From Eledone cirrhosa (Eukaryota): 64,000 bases of DNA. Positions within the stretch are counted from its first letter, which is position 1. Each line of letters begins with the position of its first letter. Location of the stretch: contig OZ024740.1 of NCBI GenBank assembly GCA_964016885.1, forward strand, positions 180,296,001 through 180,360,000, written 5' to 3'. Position numbers and translations under genes: made by a program. Positions 25,933 to 39,355 of this stretch are shown piece by piece. The notes below the pieces were generated by a model that saw only the letters and a list, made by a program, of their open reading frames with translations, had not been told where the DNA came from and ran no database searches.

Positions 25933-27310
25933 ATATTGTTATACTTTGGGAGGGTCATGTTGCCAATAAGAAACACACGCACAAGTTGCTTTCACTTAAA
26001 TTTATTATAATAAATTTATAAATTTAGGAATTTATGAATTTCCGGTTGGTTGGTTGGTTCCACAACCAGAGGGTTGTTTGTATATTGTCAAAGTTCTTTC
26101 GTCACACATTATACGACTTCTTCAGTGACTGGATGTTCTTTTCTTTGTTTTTTGCGCCTCTCCTTTGTTCTGTCCTAGGCTATCTCCTTTTTGTGTGTGT
26201 GTTGTGTGTTTAGTTTGCGCATGTGTTACATCCGGGTGTCTGTGTGTGTTTATATTCGTTTATTTATTTGTTTATTTACATGTTACTGGTTGGTTGTTTG
26301 TTCTATGTGCGTGTGTGTTTTCATTTTGTCCTTAATTGTGAGTTGTGATGTTGCTGTTCCACTCATGTTTTCTATTTAATTTTGGTTGTAATTCATTTAT
26401 GGGATCTGCCCCTTGTATGGGGGCAAATTTCGGAATAAATGTGTCTAAACATTTCGTCTTTTCTGTGTGTAGATTCTATTTTTATTCCTATGTTCTATAA
26501 TTTACCCTTATGTTCTATTTTAGCATGTTGGTAGAGAACAGATGATTCTTTACTATCTTGAAGGTCTCGCCAGTGTTCATTTATCCGTTCCCCTATACTA
26601 CGATCTGTCTCACCTATGTACACTATATTTTTATCTCTACATTGTCCTTCAGTGCATCTTATGCTATATACTACATTTCTAGTTTTACAGTTAATATGGG
26701 GGCTTAGTTTACAGATTGTACATTTCTTATCTATACAGGGAGGTCTTTGAAAAGGGTATGTCTTGCTAATAAGTGTTTTTTTTATGGAGGTACCTGGTCT
26801 TTCTACTATCTTAATATTGAGTTTATGTTTATCTAGGGCCCTTCTAAATGTGTAACCTAATTCACCTCTAGGGGTTGTATCGATGAACATTACACTCTGG
26901 TATTTATTGCTATCATACCATGAGTTTATTCTATTAGTCTTATTCCTAGTTCTTTCTATTTTATTCCGAAATTTGCCCCCATACAAGGGGCAGGTCCCAT
27001 TTGTGTCATTATTTACCATTTTTTCCCATTTGGTTCTGGCTCCTTTATAAACTCTGATTGTATCTCTCTGATTGTAACCAGAGAACTGCATACGGTGGAT
27101 GAAGTGTTGTATGTGTCTCTTTAGTTCTTCGGGGTTGCACATGCGGGGCACGTTTCTCATTACCCGTACCAAATCCGCAAACAGTATGTTGATTTTGGTA
27201 TGGTCCGAAACAGCTGAGTTTCGGTGGATCAGGTATTTGGAAGTCATGGGTTTGGCATAATGGGAATGGAGGATTTGTTTTTTGTTATTAATTGTATCTA
27301 ACCAGAGCTC
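25933..27310 (-). mobile_element. Inverted 3' copy of the Penelope-like element (GIY-YIG + pLTR)
   Basis: ORF 26495-27247(-): RPPCIDKKCTICKLSPHINCKTRNVVYSIRCTEGQCRDKNIVYIGETDRSIGERINEHW. HHR at 26087-26129(-). Confidence 0.93.
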
Positions 27311-27839
27311 TGGTTAGATACCATTAATACGCAAATGGCTTGCGTAAGCTCATGCAGCGCTCGCGTAATGGAGAGATAGCATGCTTTCCAACAGACAAGT
27401 CTGCCTGAATGTCGGTTGACAGTATGCCAAACCACATCCAGGAAATGCAATCCCACATCACTAACACAAGAGAAGTAGCACCACAAGAGCGTGAGGATAG
27501 AGAAAAAACCATCAATGCCCATATGGTGATGTGGACAAATATAATGCAGCCCACAAAAGGACTGCCAACAAATTCCAGTCCTGGAACAATGACGTGCCAG
27601 CGTTTTATGGGCTTCGAAAAGACCATAAAACGAGCAGTGACCCTGTTACGGGACCACCAACACGGCCAGTCTGTTGAGGTAACATTGCTAGTAACTACAG
27701 ACTATCCTACTTCCTCTCCCTGATCATACGCTCCATCATTGAAATGTCCCCAGATCTATATGAAAGCACGGAGGACCTCCTCAGCAGAATCGGCGGGGGT
27801 AACTGATCTAGGGACCTAACAAACAGCATAATAGGTAGT

Positions 27840-28838
27840 ATGGATGTTGTGTCCCTGTATCCATCTATTGAGGTGGATTTTGCTGTGGAGAAATGCGTAG
27901 AAATGATCAGTGAGAGCAATGTTGAATTCCGTGGGATTGATACCAGTGAGCTGGGACTCCTACTTAAACTTACCTATAGTAATAATTATCTAGACACATA
28001 TGACCTTAGCATCCTGTGCCCCACAAGACCAGCAAGAGGCAGACCACCTACCATTACCTCAATGGCCGAGAAAACCCACACAGATAGCTGGAACGGGTGG
28101 ACCAGAGCCATACGGACCCCCGAAAACCACGATGAACTAAAGAAAATTATTGCCCATGCGGTGGAGGCCAGCATAAAATTAACCCTTAAGGAACATATGT
28201 TCAAATTTAATAAAAAAACATATGCCCAAGATGAGGGAGCCGCCATTGGTGTTAGCATTGCAGGTGACATAGCTAACTTATTCATGGTATGCTGGGACAC
28301 TAGACTTAAACTTAAACTTAAAGAACAATTAGAAGACCCGTTAACCCTGATAATGTACTCCCGCTACGTTGATGATATAAACATCGTAGTTAAAACACCC
28401 CTACTAGAGAACAGTCAGGAATTAGAGAAAAACACAATGGAAAGCATCCAGCAAATAGCTAACTCCATCCACCAGAGTATTAGAGTTACTATAGACTACC
28501 CAAGCAAACACCCCAACCATCGATTACCTGTACTAGACACAGAGCTCTTGTTAGATACCATTAATAACAAAAAACAAATCCTCCATTCCCATTATGCCAA
28601 ACCCATGTCTTCCAAATATCTGATCCACCGAAACTCAGCTGTTTCGGACCATACCAAAATCAACATACTGATTGCGGATTTGGTACGGGTGATGAGAAAC
28701 GTGTCCCGCATGTGCAACCCCGAAGAACTAGAGAGACACATTCAACACTTCATCAACCGTATGCAGTTCTCTGGTTACAATCAGAGAGTTAAAATCAGAG
28801 TGTATAGAGGAGCCAGAACCAATGGGAAAAAATGGTAA
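27840..28838 (+). pseudogene. PLE reverse transcriptase core (disrupted ORF)
   Basis: 332-aa ORF with YVDD. A frameshift near 28830 continues into the 28832-29494 endonuclease region. Confidence 0.93.
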
Positions 28839-29697
28839 ATAATGACACAAATGGGACCTGCCCCTTGTATAGGAGCAAATTTTGGAATAGAATAGAAAGA
28901 ACTAGGAATAAGACTAATAGAATAAACTCATGGTATGATAGTAATAAATACCAGAGTGTAATGTTCATCGATACAACTCCTAGAAGTGAATTAGCTTACA
29001 AATTTAGAAGGGCCCTAGATAAACATAAACTCAATATTAAGATAGTAGAATGACCAGGTACCTTCATAAAAACACTTATTAGCAAGACATACCCTTTTCA
29101 AAGACCTCCCTATATAGATAAGAAATGTACAATCTGTAAACTAAGCCCCCATATTAACTGTAACACTAGAAATGTACTGTATAGCATAAGATGTACTGAA
29201 GGACAATGTAGAGATAAAAATATAGTGCACATAGTTGAGACAGCTCGTAGTATAGGGGAACGGATAAATGAACACTGGCGAGACATTCAAGATAGTAAAG
29301 AATCATCTGTACTCTACCAACATGCTAAAATAGAACATAAGGGTAAATCAGAGAACATAGAAATAAAAATAGAATCTACACACAGAAAAGACATAATGTT
29401 TAGACAAATCACAGAGGCAATAAACATAAATGAATTACAACCAAAATTAAATAGAAAACATGAGTGGAACAGCAACATCACAACTTACAATTAAGGACGA
29501 AAAAAAAACACACACACGCACATAGAACAAACAACCAACCAGTAACATGTAAATAAACAAATAAATAAACGAATATAAACACACTCAGACACCCTGATGT
29601 AACACATGCGCAAACTAAGCACACAACACACACACAAAACAAGATGGCGTAGGATAGAAAAAAGGAGATGCACAAAAAACAAAGAAAATGACCCCCA

Positions 29698-29740
29698 GTC
29701 ACTGAAGAGGTCACATAATGTGTGACGAAAGAACTTTGAC
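29698..29740 (+). ncRNA. Minimal type I hammerhead motif in PLE pLTR
   Basis: GTCA-CTGAAGA-G-GTCACA taatg TGTGAC-GAAA-GAAC-TT-TGAC. Homologues at 8540, 26087(-) and 40866. Confidence 0.72.
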
Positions 29741-29951
29741 AATATATAAACAACCATCTGGTTGTGGAACCAACCACCCAACCAGAAATTTACAAATTCC
29801 TAAATTTATAAATTTATTATAATAAATTGAAGTGAAAGATACTGGAGAGTGTGTTTCTTATTGGCAACATGACCCACCCAAATTATAACAATACCGGTTT
29901 CATCACACGTATTCAGATAAAGAATCTTGCTAAAAAAATCCAGAAACGAAA

Positions 29952-29980
<29 letters not shown>

Positions 29981-29987
<7 letters not shown>

Positions 29988-30414
29988 TAAATAAAAGTCA
30001 AATGATTAAAATTTAGCTTCGTTTATTACTGCTATATATATTTCAGTGACAGCCATCTTTGGCTGTGACCTCTTCAGGCAGTTTGAATTAGTATGGTATA
30101 GACAAGTACATATGTTGTTTAGGTGTATGATATTGTCAATACTCTGATATGCCCAGTTCCTTGCTGGGTTGTTAATTCACTGGGGAACTGGAGTCATATC
30201 ACTCCAGTTCCCCAGTTAATTAACAACCCAGCAAGGAACTGGGCATATCAGAGTATTGACAATATCATACACCTAAACAACATATGTACTTGTCTATACC
30301 ATACTAATTCAAACTGCCTGAAGAGGTCACAGCCAAAGATGGCTGTCACTGAAATATATATAGCAGTAATAAACGAAGCTAAATTTTAATCATTTGACTT
30401 TTATTTAACTTTAT
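29981..30414. repeat. Near-perfect 434-bp palindrome (214-bp arms, CATATC loop) with two HHRs
   Basis: GGGGAACTGGAGT-catatc-ACTCCAGTTCCCC centre. One arm mismatch noticed by eye. Related single copies at ~17927-18050(-) and ~23440-23580(+). Confidence 0.93.
30313..30367 (+). ncRNA. Canonical type I hammerhead ribozyme (mirror copy 30028-30082 on minus)
   Basis: ACTGC-CTGAAGA-GGTCACAGCCA aaga TGGCTGTCACT-GAAA-TATATA-TA-GCAGT. Confidence 0.87.
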
Positions 30415-30509
30415 TTTACACTACTCCGGAGTAACCAAACCAACCTGCGCACTTCGTCGAGTGCTCCAGCCTGCATACTGAGGTGTTGGTATACAACCAA
30501 CATAAACTC

Positions 30510-30611
<102 letters not shown>

Positions 30612-31168
30612 AATATATACTTACATACATATATATATATGTGTGTGTGTGTGTGTGTCTGTGTGTGTGTGCGTGTGAGTGTGTATGTGTATGTGTGTGT
30701 GCGTATGTATGTCTGTTTCTAAGTATGTGATGTGTAATATAGTTTTGGTCCGTAAAAATGTATATATCTTTTCGCATGGAAATGCTTGAACAACAACAAT
30801 GAAATGAATATCTTGACATATTATTTTGATATCCCTGAAATTAATGTAATCTATTATCGTTGAGCAAATATTTACGGTGATGAATATACTTTAAATTCGA
30901 AAATATGCTGACTTCATGTAGAATTCCATTCTTTATAGAATTCCAATATTTACGATCGGTAAAAATTACAGATTTTGTTATATTATTTGCGATTTATACA
31001 TAGCATAATGTGAACGAATTCTGTTGAATTTCTACCTGACCCGGTAAAAAATTGAACCCAACAGATTCTGCATCATTATAATGCACAGGTATTCATGTAC
31101 GCACACACTGGCACGTTTATATATGCATACATACATCTCACACGCATCCTCCCCCTTTATATACATAC

Positions 31169-31227
<59 letters not shown>

Positions 31228-31429
31228 GTATTAAGTATACTATTTATGTTTATGTATATACTAAAACCTTTTATAGTTATATATATTTTAAACCCTAAAT
31301 AGTGAAAGACAGTAATTCATTACTAACTTATTACCAGTAAGATAAATAGCGCAATGTAACAACATCAGTTGTTTTATAGAGCAGTTATATAGAAATTACA
31401 TGAATCAAAGTTCAGTTTCAATCATTTAT

Positions 31430-31478
31430 TTGCTTACAATTGTTTCCTCCAAACCGAGGTTTGGATTCTTCGGAGCAA
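31430..31478 (-). ncRNA. Hammerhead motif, U4>C core variant
   Basis: TTGCT-CCGAAGA-ATCCAAAC ctcg GTTTGGAG-GAAA-CAATTG-TA-AGCAA. A relative with CCGATGA is at 23337-23382(+). Confidence 0.7.
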
Positions 31479-31558
31479 TTATTTAGTGATTTTTTACATA
31501 CTTGACCTCCTTTTCAACACAAGAGACATATAGAAACATATGTATATATTGACCCACA

Positions 31559-32055
<497 letters not shown>

Positions 32056-32191
32056 TTAACCACCAAAAATTCATAATAATAAATTGAATTTAAAAATCAC
32101 TCGTCCATGCGTTTTCCTGGGCAACATGACCCTCTCAAATTAAAACAATATCTGATGCAACAAGTTTTTACGAAGTAGCTATATACACACG

Positions 32192-32280
<89 letters not shown>

Positions 32281-32281
<1 letters not shown>

Positions 32282-32745
32282 TAGCATAATGGCCCGGTGC
32301 TACTCGGGATTCTAAACATAGATTGGCGTGTTTATCCCTCCTTTCTGAAACAGTTTCGTCGTATGTTCCCAATTGATGCAGAATACCTAATAAAAAGCGA
32401 AATCGCCTTGGGTGAATAGGCAAATAATATTCCATTAAAACTTTTCAAAAGCATGTAATTGCGTTCCCTCTATTTTTGTTGTTTTTGCTGCTGTTGGTGT
32501 GATAGCAGCCGTTGGTCGTACTACATACACAGTCTCGTCCTTCTTCAGCCAATCGTGTATATCCCCTTCTGCCTCGTCAGCAATGAGAACAATATTTTCT
32601 CTAGTGTACTTATATATTTGATATATAATTAACCTTTATCGAGCCTCGTGAAATAAATACGTTTGTTTATATTTTGTCATGCAAATACGTTTGTTTATAT
32701 ATTGTATGCAAAAATATCTGTACACGAATATATAATTATATATAT
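32281..32745 (-). mobile_element. Helitron-like 3' end and adjacent body
   Basis: Minus strand ends CCCGAGTAGCACCGGGCCATTATGCTAG|T (hairpin + CTAG). The 5' boundary is uncertain. Confidence 0.6.
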
Positions 32746-32752
32746 ATATATA

Positions 32753-33885
32753 CTAGCAGCAATACCCAGCGTAAAATAATATCTGATTTGGTGAAAACGT
32801 GTTGATCTTAGCGACTGCTTCTCGATGACTCATCTATGGCCACACACAGGCCATGCGGGGGAGGATGGTGATGACCTCTATCACTGAGAAACGCGAGTGA
32901 CTGAGTGAAAGAGCATGCTAGGGGAGTGAGGTAATGACCTCTAACCTCTAAGCCAAATTTCCTCACGCCACTTGATTGGAAACCGATGAATTCTCAAATA
33001 TAAAACTGAAAGCTCAGACGAGGTCAGTGGCCATCGTTTTGCCTTTGACTATCTATAAGATGTGCAATGATAGGTTCTATCGTAGTATAAATGTTGAACG
33101 AAATAAATTGATTTATGTGTGAGGTGGAGCAGAAGTTTCGAATTTGAACGAAATCCGTTTAAAAAGGTGGGAGCTAATGATAGGTCGCCGTCCCTGAACA
33201 AATAATGCAAAGTGTAAAGCTACTATAAGATGTGCAATAATAGGTTCTATCGCAGTATAAAATTGAACCAAATAAATTGACCTATGTCTGATGTGGAGCC
33301 GAAGTTTCGAATTTGAACGATACGGTTGAAAAATATGGGAACTAGATGCGAAAAGGCGGACATTTGAGCGTAAAGGTGGTATTTTCGAATATTTAAGCGG
33401 CTGCCACGCCGTTCCTGAACAAGAAATCCGAAAATGTAAAGCCATTTTAATATGTGAAATAATCAGATGTAGCGTAGTGTAAATTTTGAACGAAGTAGGT
33501 TGATTAATGTGGGAGCTAGAGCCGAAAAAGTGGAAATTTGAGTTTAAAAGTGCTATTTTTGAATATTTAAGCGACTACTACGCCGTACCTGAACAAGAAA
33601 TGCAAAATATAAAGTCAAAACAGGATGTGCAATGGTTAATTCTATGGTGCTTTAAAATTTGAACGAAATCGGTGGCAACATGTGGGAGCTAGAGCCCAAA
33701 ATCCTATTTTTATCAGCAGAATGACACCGGATAAAAAAAACAAAAAAACGATACGCTGATATATAGAAAACAGTCCCCGATCTATGAGCCTGTAAAGTTT
33801 CATGAAAATAGGTCGTAAGATTTAGGCCCCTATAGGTAATACACAGACACACACACACACATACTTAATTTTATATATATACAGA
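32753..33885 (-). mobile_element. Non-autonomous Helitron with internal degenerate tandem repeats
   Basis: A|TCTGTATATATATAAAATTAAG 5' end and GCTGGGTATTGCTGCTAG|T 3' end. Four related ~175-235-bp units between ~33040 and 33700 (GATGTGCAAT..AATTTGAACGAAAT..GTGGGAGCTA). Confidence 0.72.
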
Positions 33886-34069
33886 TATATATATATATAT
33901 ATTAAAACAACAGAATAAAGTTTAAGCGAAATATAGCTGCTTACTTAACGAGATCTTCTGAAACTAAAAAATCAATCTATGAAAGCAGAAGTAAATATTT
34001 CCAAAAACGTTACACACTTTATATATATGTATATATACACACTATATATACATATATACACACACACAC

Positions 34070-34515
34070 AGGTATTGTCATACTGTCCTAATGCAGACAG
34101 CCAGACATACAGACAGATATTATATAGGCACGACGTAATAGCTGCATTCACCCTTAACGGGATCTTCTGAAAACTAAAAAAATCAATCTGTGAACGCAGA
34201 AGTAAATATTTCTAAAAACGTTACACACTTTATATATATATATATACACACACTTTATATACATACACACACACACAGATAGTGTCATAATGTCGTAATG
34301 CAGACAGCCAGACATACAGATAGATAGTATATAGGCACGAGATTATAGCTACGTATCTATCTAAAAGACAGACTAAGAAAGACAGAGAGATCGCTAAACG
34401 GCGCTTAATGCGGTCCCCAGGCCATAAGCATTACATGTGTAAAGTTTGAAAAATATCAGTTGGTGGGTGTTTCTCAACTTTTATGGAGTCAGACAGACAT
34501 TCTCTCTTTTATATA
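34070..34515 (-). mobile_element. Helitron-like 5' part, same family as 3667-4240, interrupted by PLE-end fragments
   Basis: Shares CAGACAGCCAGACATACAGA..ATATTATA and GAGAGATCGCT..GGTCCC with 3895-4220. Confidence 0.55.
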
Positions 34516-34517
34516 TA

Positions 34518-34590
<73 letters not shown>

Positions 34591-34994
34591 CGCTTTAGTA
34601 TTTCTCTTGCAAGAGATTTTCTGTTGAAACTAATATTGTTTCTACTTTGGGAGGTTTATTTTGTCAATATGCTAAGAGAACTAAGTGAAATTGTAATGTT
34701 ATTCACTGGAGGATATGTTTTGCTTTTTTGAAAAGTGTAACGACATACTACGATAGAAATATTTCCAGGATATGAATTGCATCCAGTGGGTTCCACCACA
34801 GGTTAGCTTAAAGTGAAGCAGGCTGGTGCTAACCTTCCTTCAGGACATTAGTCGGGAAACCATTTGTGTCCTATTTGTGTAATTGATGCATAAACGTACA
34901 TGCATACACACACACGCAGAGACAAACATAAACATACATAAATACATAAATATATATATAATTATAATAAAATATTAAATAAAAACAATATATA

Positions 34995-35735
34995 GATATA
35001 TGTGTTCAAATCGTAAGGGACCAGATTCGCTAAGGTGAAAAGAATACTAACTATAGACAATTGGGTTTGTTTGTCTCAATTTAAGAAAAAATCAAGAAAA
35101 TAAATACACACCGGAATTGTGGTAACTACTAATCACCCAGCCAACTTGGTGTTGTTTCGCAATGTTAATTATAAATAGAATTACCTATTCAAGCTCATCA
35201 GTGGGTGATGAATTAGTATCCTAGACACTTCTAAGTATATTAAGTAACTCAATAGTGTGCATGTTATCTTAGCGTGTCTCACAAACTTACACCACTAAAA
35301 ATAGCAGCCAGGTTTATTCGACATTTGAAATAGCTCAACAAATGAACGGAGCCGAATATATCAAATGTATATATTGAGTTAGGAACTCAAAATAGTCTCT
35401 TACAAAAAAATAGCTCTAAGAAAGAGATATTTCCGAGCCGTATATTATAATAGAATATAAAAGAAAAACGAACACAGATATATACATATATGTGTTCAAA
35501 TCGTAAGGGACCAGATTCGCTAAGATGAAAATAATACTAATTATAGACAATTGGATTAGCTTGTCTCAATTTAAGAAAAACATCAAGAAAATAAATACAA
35601 ACCGAAATTGTATATATCTGTGTTCGTTTTTCTTTTATATTCTATAATAATATACGGCTCGGAAATATCTCTTTCTTTGAGCTATTTTGTTGAAAGAGAC
35701 TATTTTGAGTTCCTAACTCAATATATACCTTTGAT
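34995..35735. repeat. pLTR-like rearranged repeat: direct repeat (34995-35120 / 35485-35610) plus inverted repeat (35360-35485 / 35611-35735)
   Basis: Seen directly. Contains an HHR motif at 35132-35209(-): ATCACCCA-CTGATGA-GC...GC-GAAA-CAAC accaa GTTG-GC-TGGGTGAT. Confidence 0.75.
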
Positions 35736-36670
35736 AAATGTATATATATATATACATTTATAATGAACTCTCCCGTTTTATATTGACGTACGTAAGTTTA
35801 CCAGTTTACCGCGAATTACATTTTATTCCAGCTGCTGTGTTACACTACAAGCAGCATTTAGTTCAGATGACAGGATCTTAAGCAGAGCAAGATGGAATAT
35901 TTATTTAAATATACGGGCTCTATCAAAAGGAAAAAGCAAACTAAAACTATAATACCATGTAATTACAACCCAATAATGTTTACAACCAGCTGTTTGTTTC
36001 AAAATACAAAGCAGATTTGTCAAGTTAATAATTATATAATTTTGCTTAGTAATTTCTTATTTCTGTGAGGTATTAACATGCTTCCATTTAATAACATTTC
36101 TATACTCAACTCTTTTGTATGTTGTTACGTCCTTCATATTCTCGTGATGTATAAGTATATTTCAATGTATCCAGTTAGTTGGATATGCTGACAAACATAT
36201 GTTTGAACAAATACGTATTTCTTCTTCATGTGGGCAAGATATAAAATACGAGAATGAAACTAGAACGTTGAGAAACATCTAAACAGATTATGTTATATGT
36301 TATCTTCTTAAGATTTCCTTAAATATTTCTATCAAAGCAAGGATGAGGATAAATTGAAGAGAAGCCTATGAAGCTATAAAGAGATCAGCGCTTTGAGTTA
36401 CTAGCTTGCATATCTAGTGCATCATAAAGATTTGCGTGGGTAGCAAATAATAATATTATATATACTAAGGAACCATAATATGTATTTATGTGTGAATGTA
36501 TGAATTTATGTAAGTATATCTATATCTACATATATATAAATATATATATACATACACACACACACACATATATATATATATGCCCGTGTGTGTGTATAAG
36601 TATGTATGGGTGTATGTATGTATATATAAGTATATACGCGAGCCCTTTGCTACGTTATTTTACTATATAC

Positions 36671-36754
<84 letters not shown>

Positions 36755-37272
36755 TATTAACACACCACCAACAGTCATACAATTGTATATGGATATGTCA
36801 CTACAGATAGGAAAATATTAGTCTATATTTATACTACTTCAAAAGGAAAATTCTTCAAATAAATAATCGAAGAAATATTTTGAATTCAGGAAAATATGAC
36901 AAAACAAAAGAAAAATGTTCGACATATCTAACACAAATAATTTTATATCCTTGAAAACATCTCCTCATCAAATTTCTTAAAACCTGCTTAGCATTCCAAA
37001 CATGAAATAAAAGAAATACACTCACATATAATATTTTAAGAAGAATATAAAGATAATTCTTATTTTATTAGGCTTAATATCTATATGTCTACTTTGAATT
37101 GTTAATTCCCAAAATTAGAATTATCCTTACTTATAATCAGACGTGAATTTCCAGTTTCCTTCCTTATATGTATAAGCTTTTCTCCAGTAGAGCGTATATC
37201 ATTTAAGAAAATGATTCTATTTATTTGTCAGTCAAACTCTACAAACACACATATAAACACGCATATATATAA

Positions 37273-37351
<79 letters not shown>

Positions 37352-37550
37352 AAGAGAGAGAGAGAGAGGGTGAGAGAGAAAGAGAGAGAGAAAAGTAGTT
37401 AAATAGATAGATATACAGACATGTAGAAAGATTGATAGATATGACTCAAATATATATACACAAATATATATATATACATATATAGATTTAGATATAAACC
37501 TACATATACATAATTTAGTATCCGTGCCCCCACACACACACAAACACGCA

Positions 37551-37607
<57 letters not shown>

Positions 37608-37964
37608 GCGAATATGCAACATATTATTCATGTATAAATATGTGCCTCTCTATGTATGTGATTTGTAAATGCATTTTACATAACGATTTTCACTTTATCA
37701 TCTACTACTTAATACAAATCCTCTCAAATATTTATTTTCTGATTATATATGCGTCCTATATAATCTCCCCTTAGATTTTGTTATTTTGATGGTGCATAGA
37801 ATTATTAATCAAAGCAGTTTGAATATTATTTCCCCGAATTATTCTTCATCTCTATTTGCATTTCATCCATCTATCACTCTCTCTGTCTGTGAATATATAT
37901 ATATTTATTTACAAGCATCTATATTTATATATATATACATCTATCTATCTATCTCACGCTCTCT

Positions 37965-38071
<107 letters not shown>

Positions 38072-38399
38072 TGTGTTTGTGTGTGTAACTAACTCTCGCC
38101 CTCTTCCTAGCAAACACTTCCCGCATCCCCGGCCCACTATTATTTTTAATATCACATACACTCTTTGTTATTCTTTGAGTCCATTGAAGACCTGTTGTTC
38201 CACAGAAACAGATCCTTCTAAGAAGATTGTTAATCGGCTTTGTGATCAGCTAATTCTTTGGTGATTCCAAAGTTAAGGCTGAATTTTAGATTAAAAAACA
38301 ATACACACTATCGGAAACCCGCACGCACACACACACACACACACACATACACACACATGCATACACACGCACATACACACACACGCACACACACACACA

Positions 38400-38498
<99 letters not shown>

Positions 38499-39044
38499 AT
38501 GTTCATATAAAGATGATGAATCACATCGGTAGAACAGCCGCAAAAGCAGCCAAAAGCTATCAATGAGAACGATGGGTAAATACACGTTAAATGGCAGTGA
38601 CCACCGGTCATTTATAAATATATATGTGTATATATATAGAATTAATATGAAGCACTCTGATTATGTAGTGTATAAGAAATATGTTTTGGAAACTTGTCAG
38701 TAATATATTTCCTTTTTTAGATACGTGTATAATATTTAGTCCCCTGTAAGCGTATGCGACATAGTTACTCTGAGGCATTGGGGCGTATGTAATCCATGAT
38801 TAATACAGTTTTGAAAGCCAAAGCAATGCGGTAGAAATAAATAAAGGGAAAATGTGTCAAAAAAAAAATCAAAAACAACAATTAACGAGGTATTCCAGAG
38901 ATTTCTCACTAAGAATAGATTCCCTAATTCTCTCGCACTTATTTACAAATTATCTAAACGAAGTATCTGCAAACAGACAGAACATAATTATATTATCGTT
39001 TTATAATAATATAGACTTTGCCTATTAATCCTTATGGTGACCAA

Positions 39045-39355
39045 ATGGAGTCCCATGTGCTGGCCTTCCCACAGCCCGGTGGACAGGATGGAGAATGCGG
39101 CCTGCACTGTGGCGACAGGAAAGCGGGTGGAGTCCGAAAGAGTCCACAATGGATCCAGAGCGACATTTATGTGGCTCGCAGAACAGGAGTCCATGCCTCA
39201 AGGAAAAGCCGATGCGCAGGCTATAGTTATTCAGCTGTTTGCCAGTGGAGAAGGAACCAAGGCATGGAGCCAGTCACCACTGTCGAGTTTGGAGGCCGCA
39301 TGAAAACAGGCAAGACGGTGCTGGTCGAGCTGGTGCGTGATCCCGTCTGACGCCA
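39045..39355 (-). pseudogene. CRE-clade non-LTR retrotransposon fragment (post-RT region and zinc finger)
   Basis: Minus translation with one frameshift: QHRLACFHAASKLDSGDWLHAL.P / LNNYSLRIGFSLRHGLLFCEPHKCRSGSIVDSFGLHPLSCRHSAGR. Confidence 0.72.

Larger units (their letters stand above)
27330..29950 (+). mobile_element. Penelope-like retroelement (probably Neptune-like: Cys-rich linker), 5'-truncated and frameshifted
   Basis: RT motifs MDVVSLYPSI, QDEGAAIGVSIAGDIANLFM, YSRYVDDI, LPVLD, YAKPMSSKYLIHRNSA, then GIY-YIG and a pLTR with an HHR. Confidence 0.95.

Noticed and set aside
33040-33700. Repeated units that could be mistaken for a CRISPR-like array
   Set aside because: Long degenerate tandem units inside a Helitron, with no unique spacers, in eukaryotic context.
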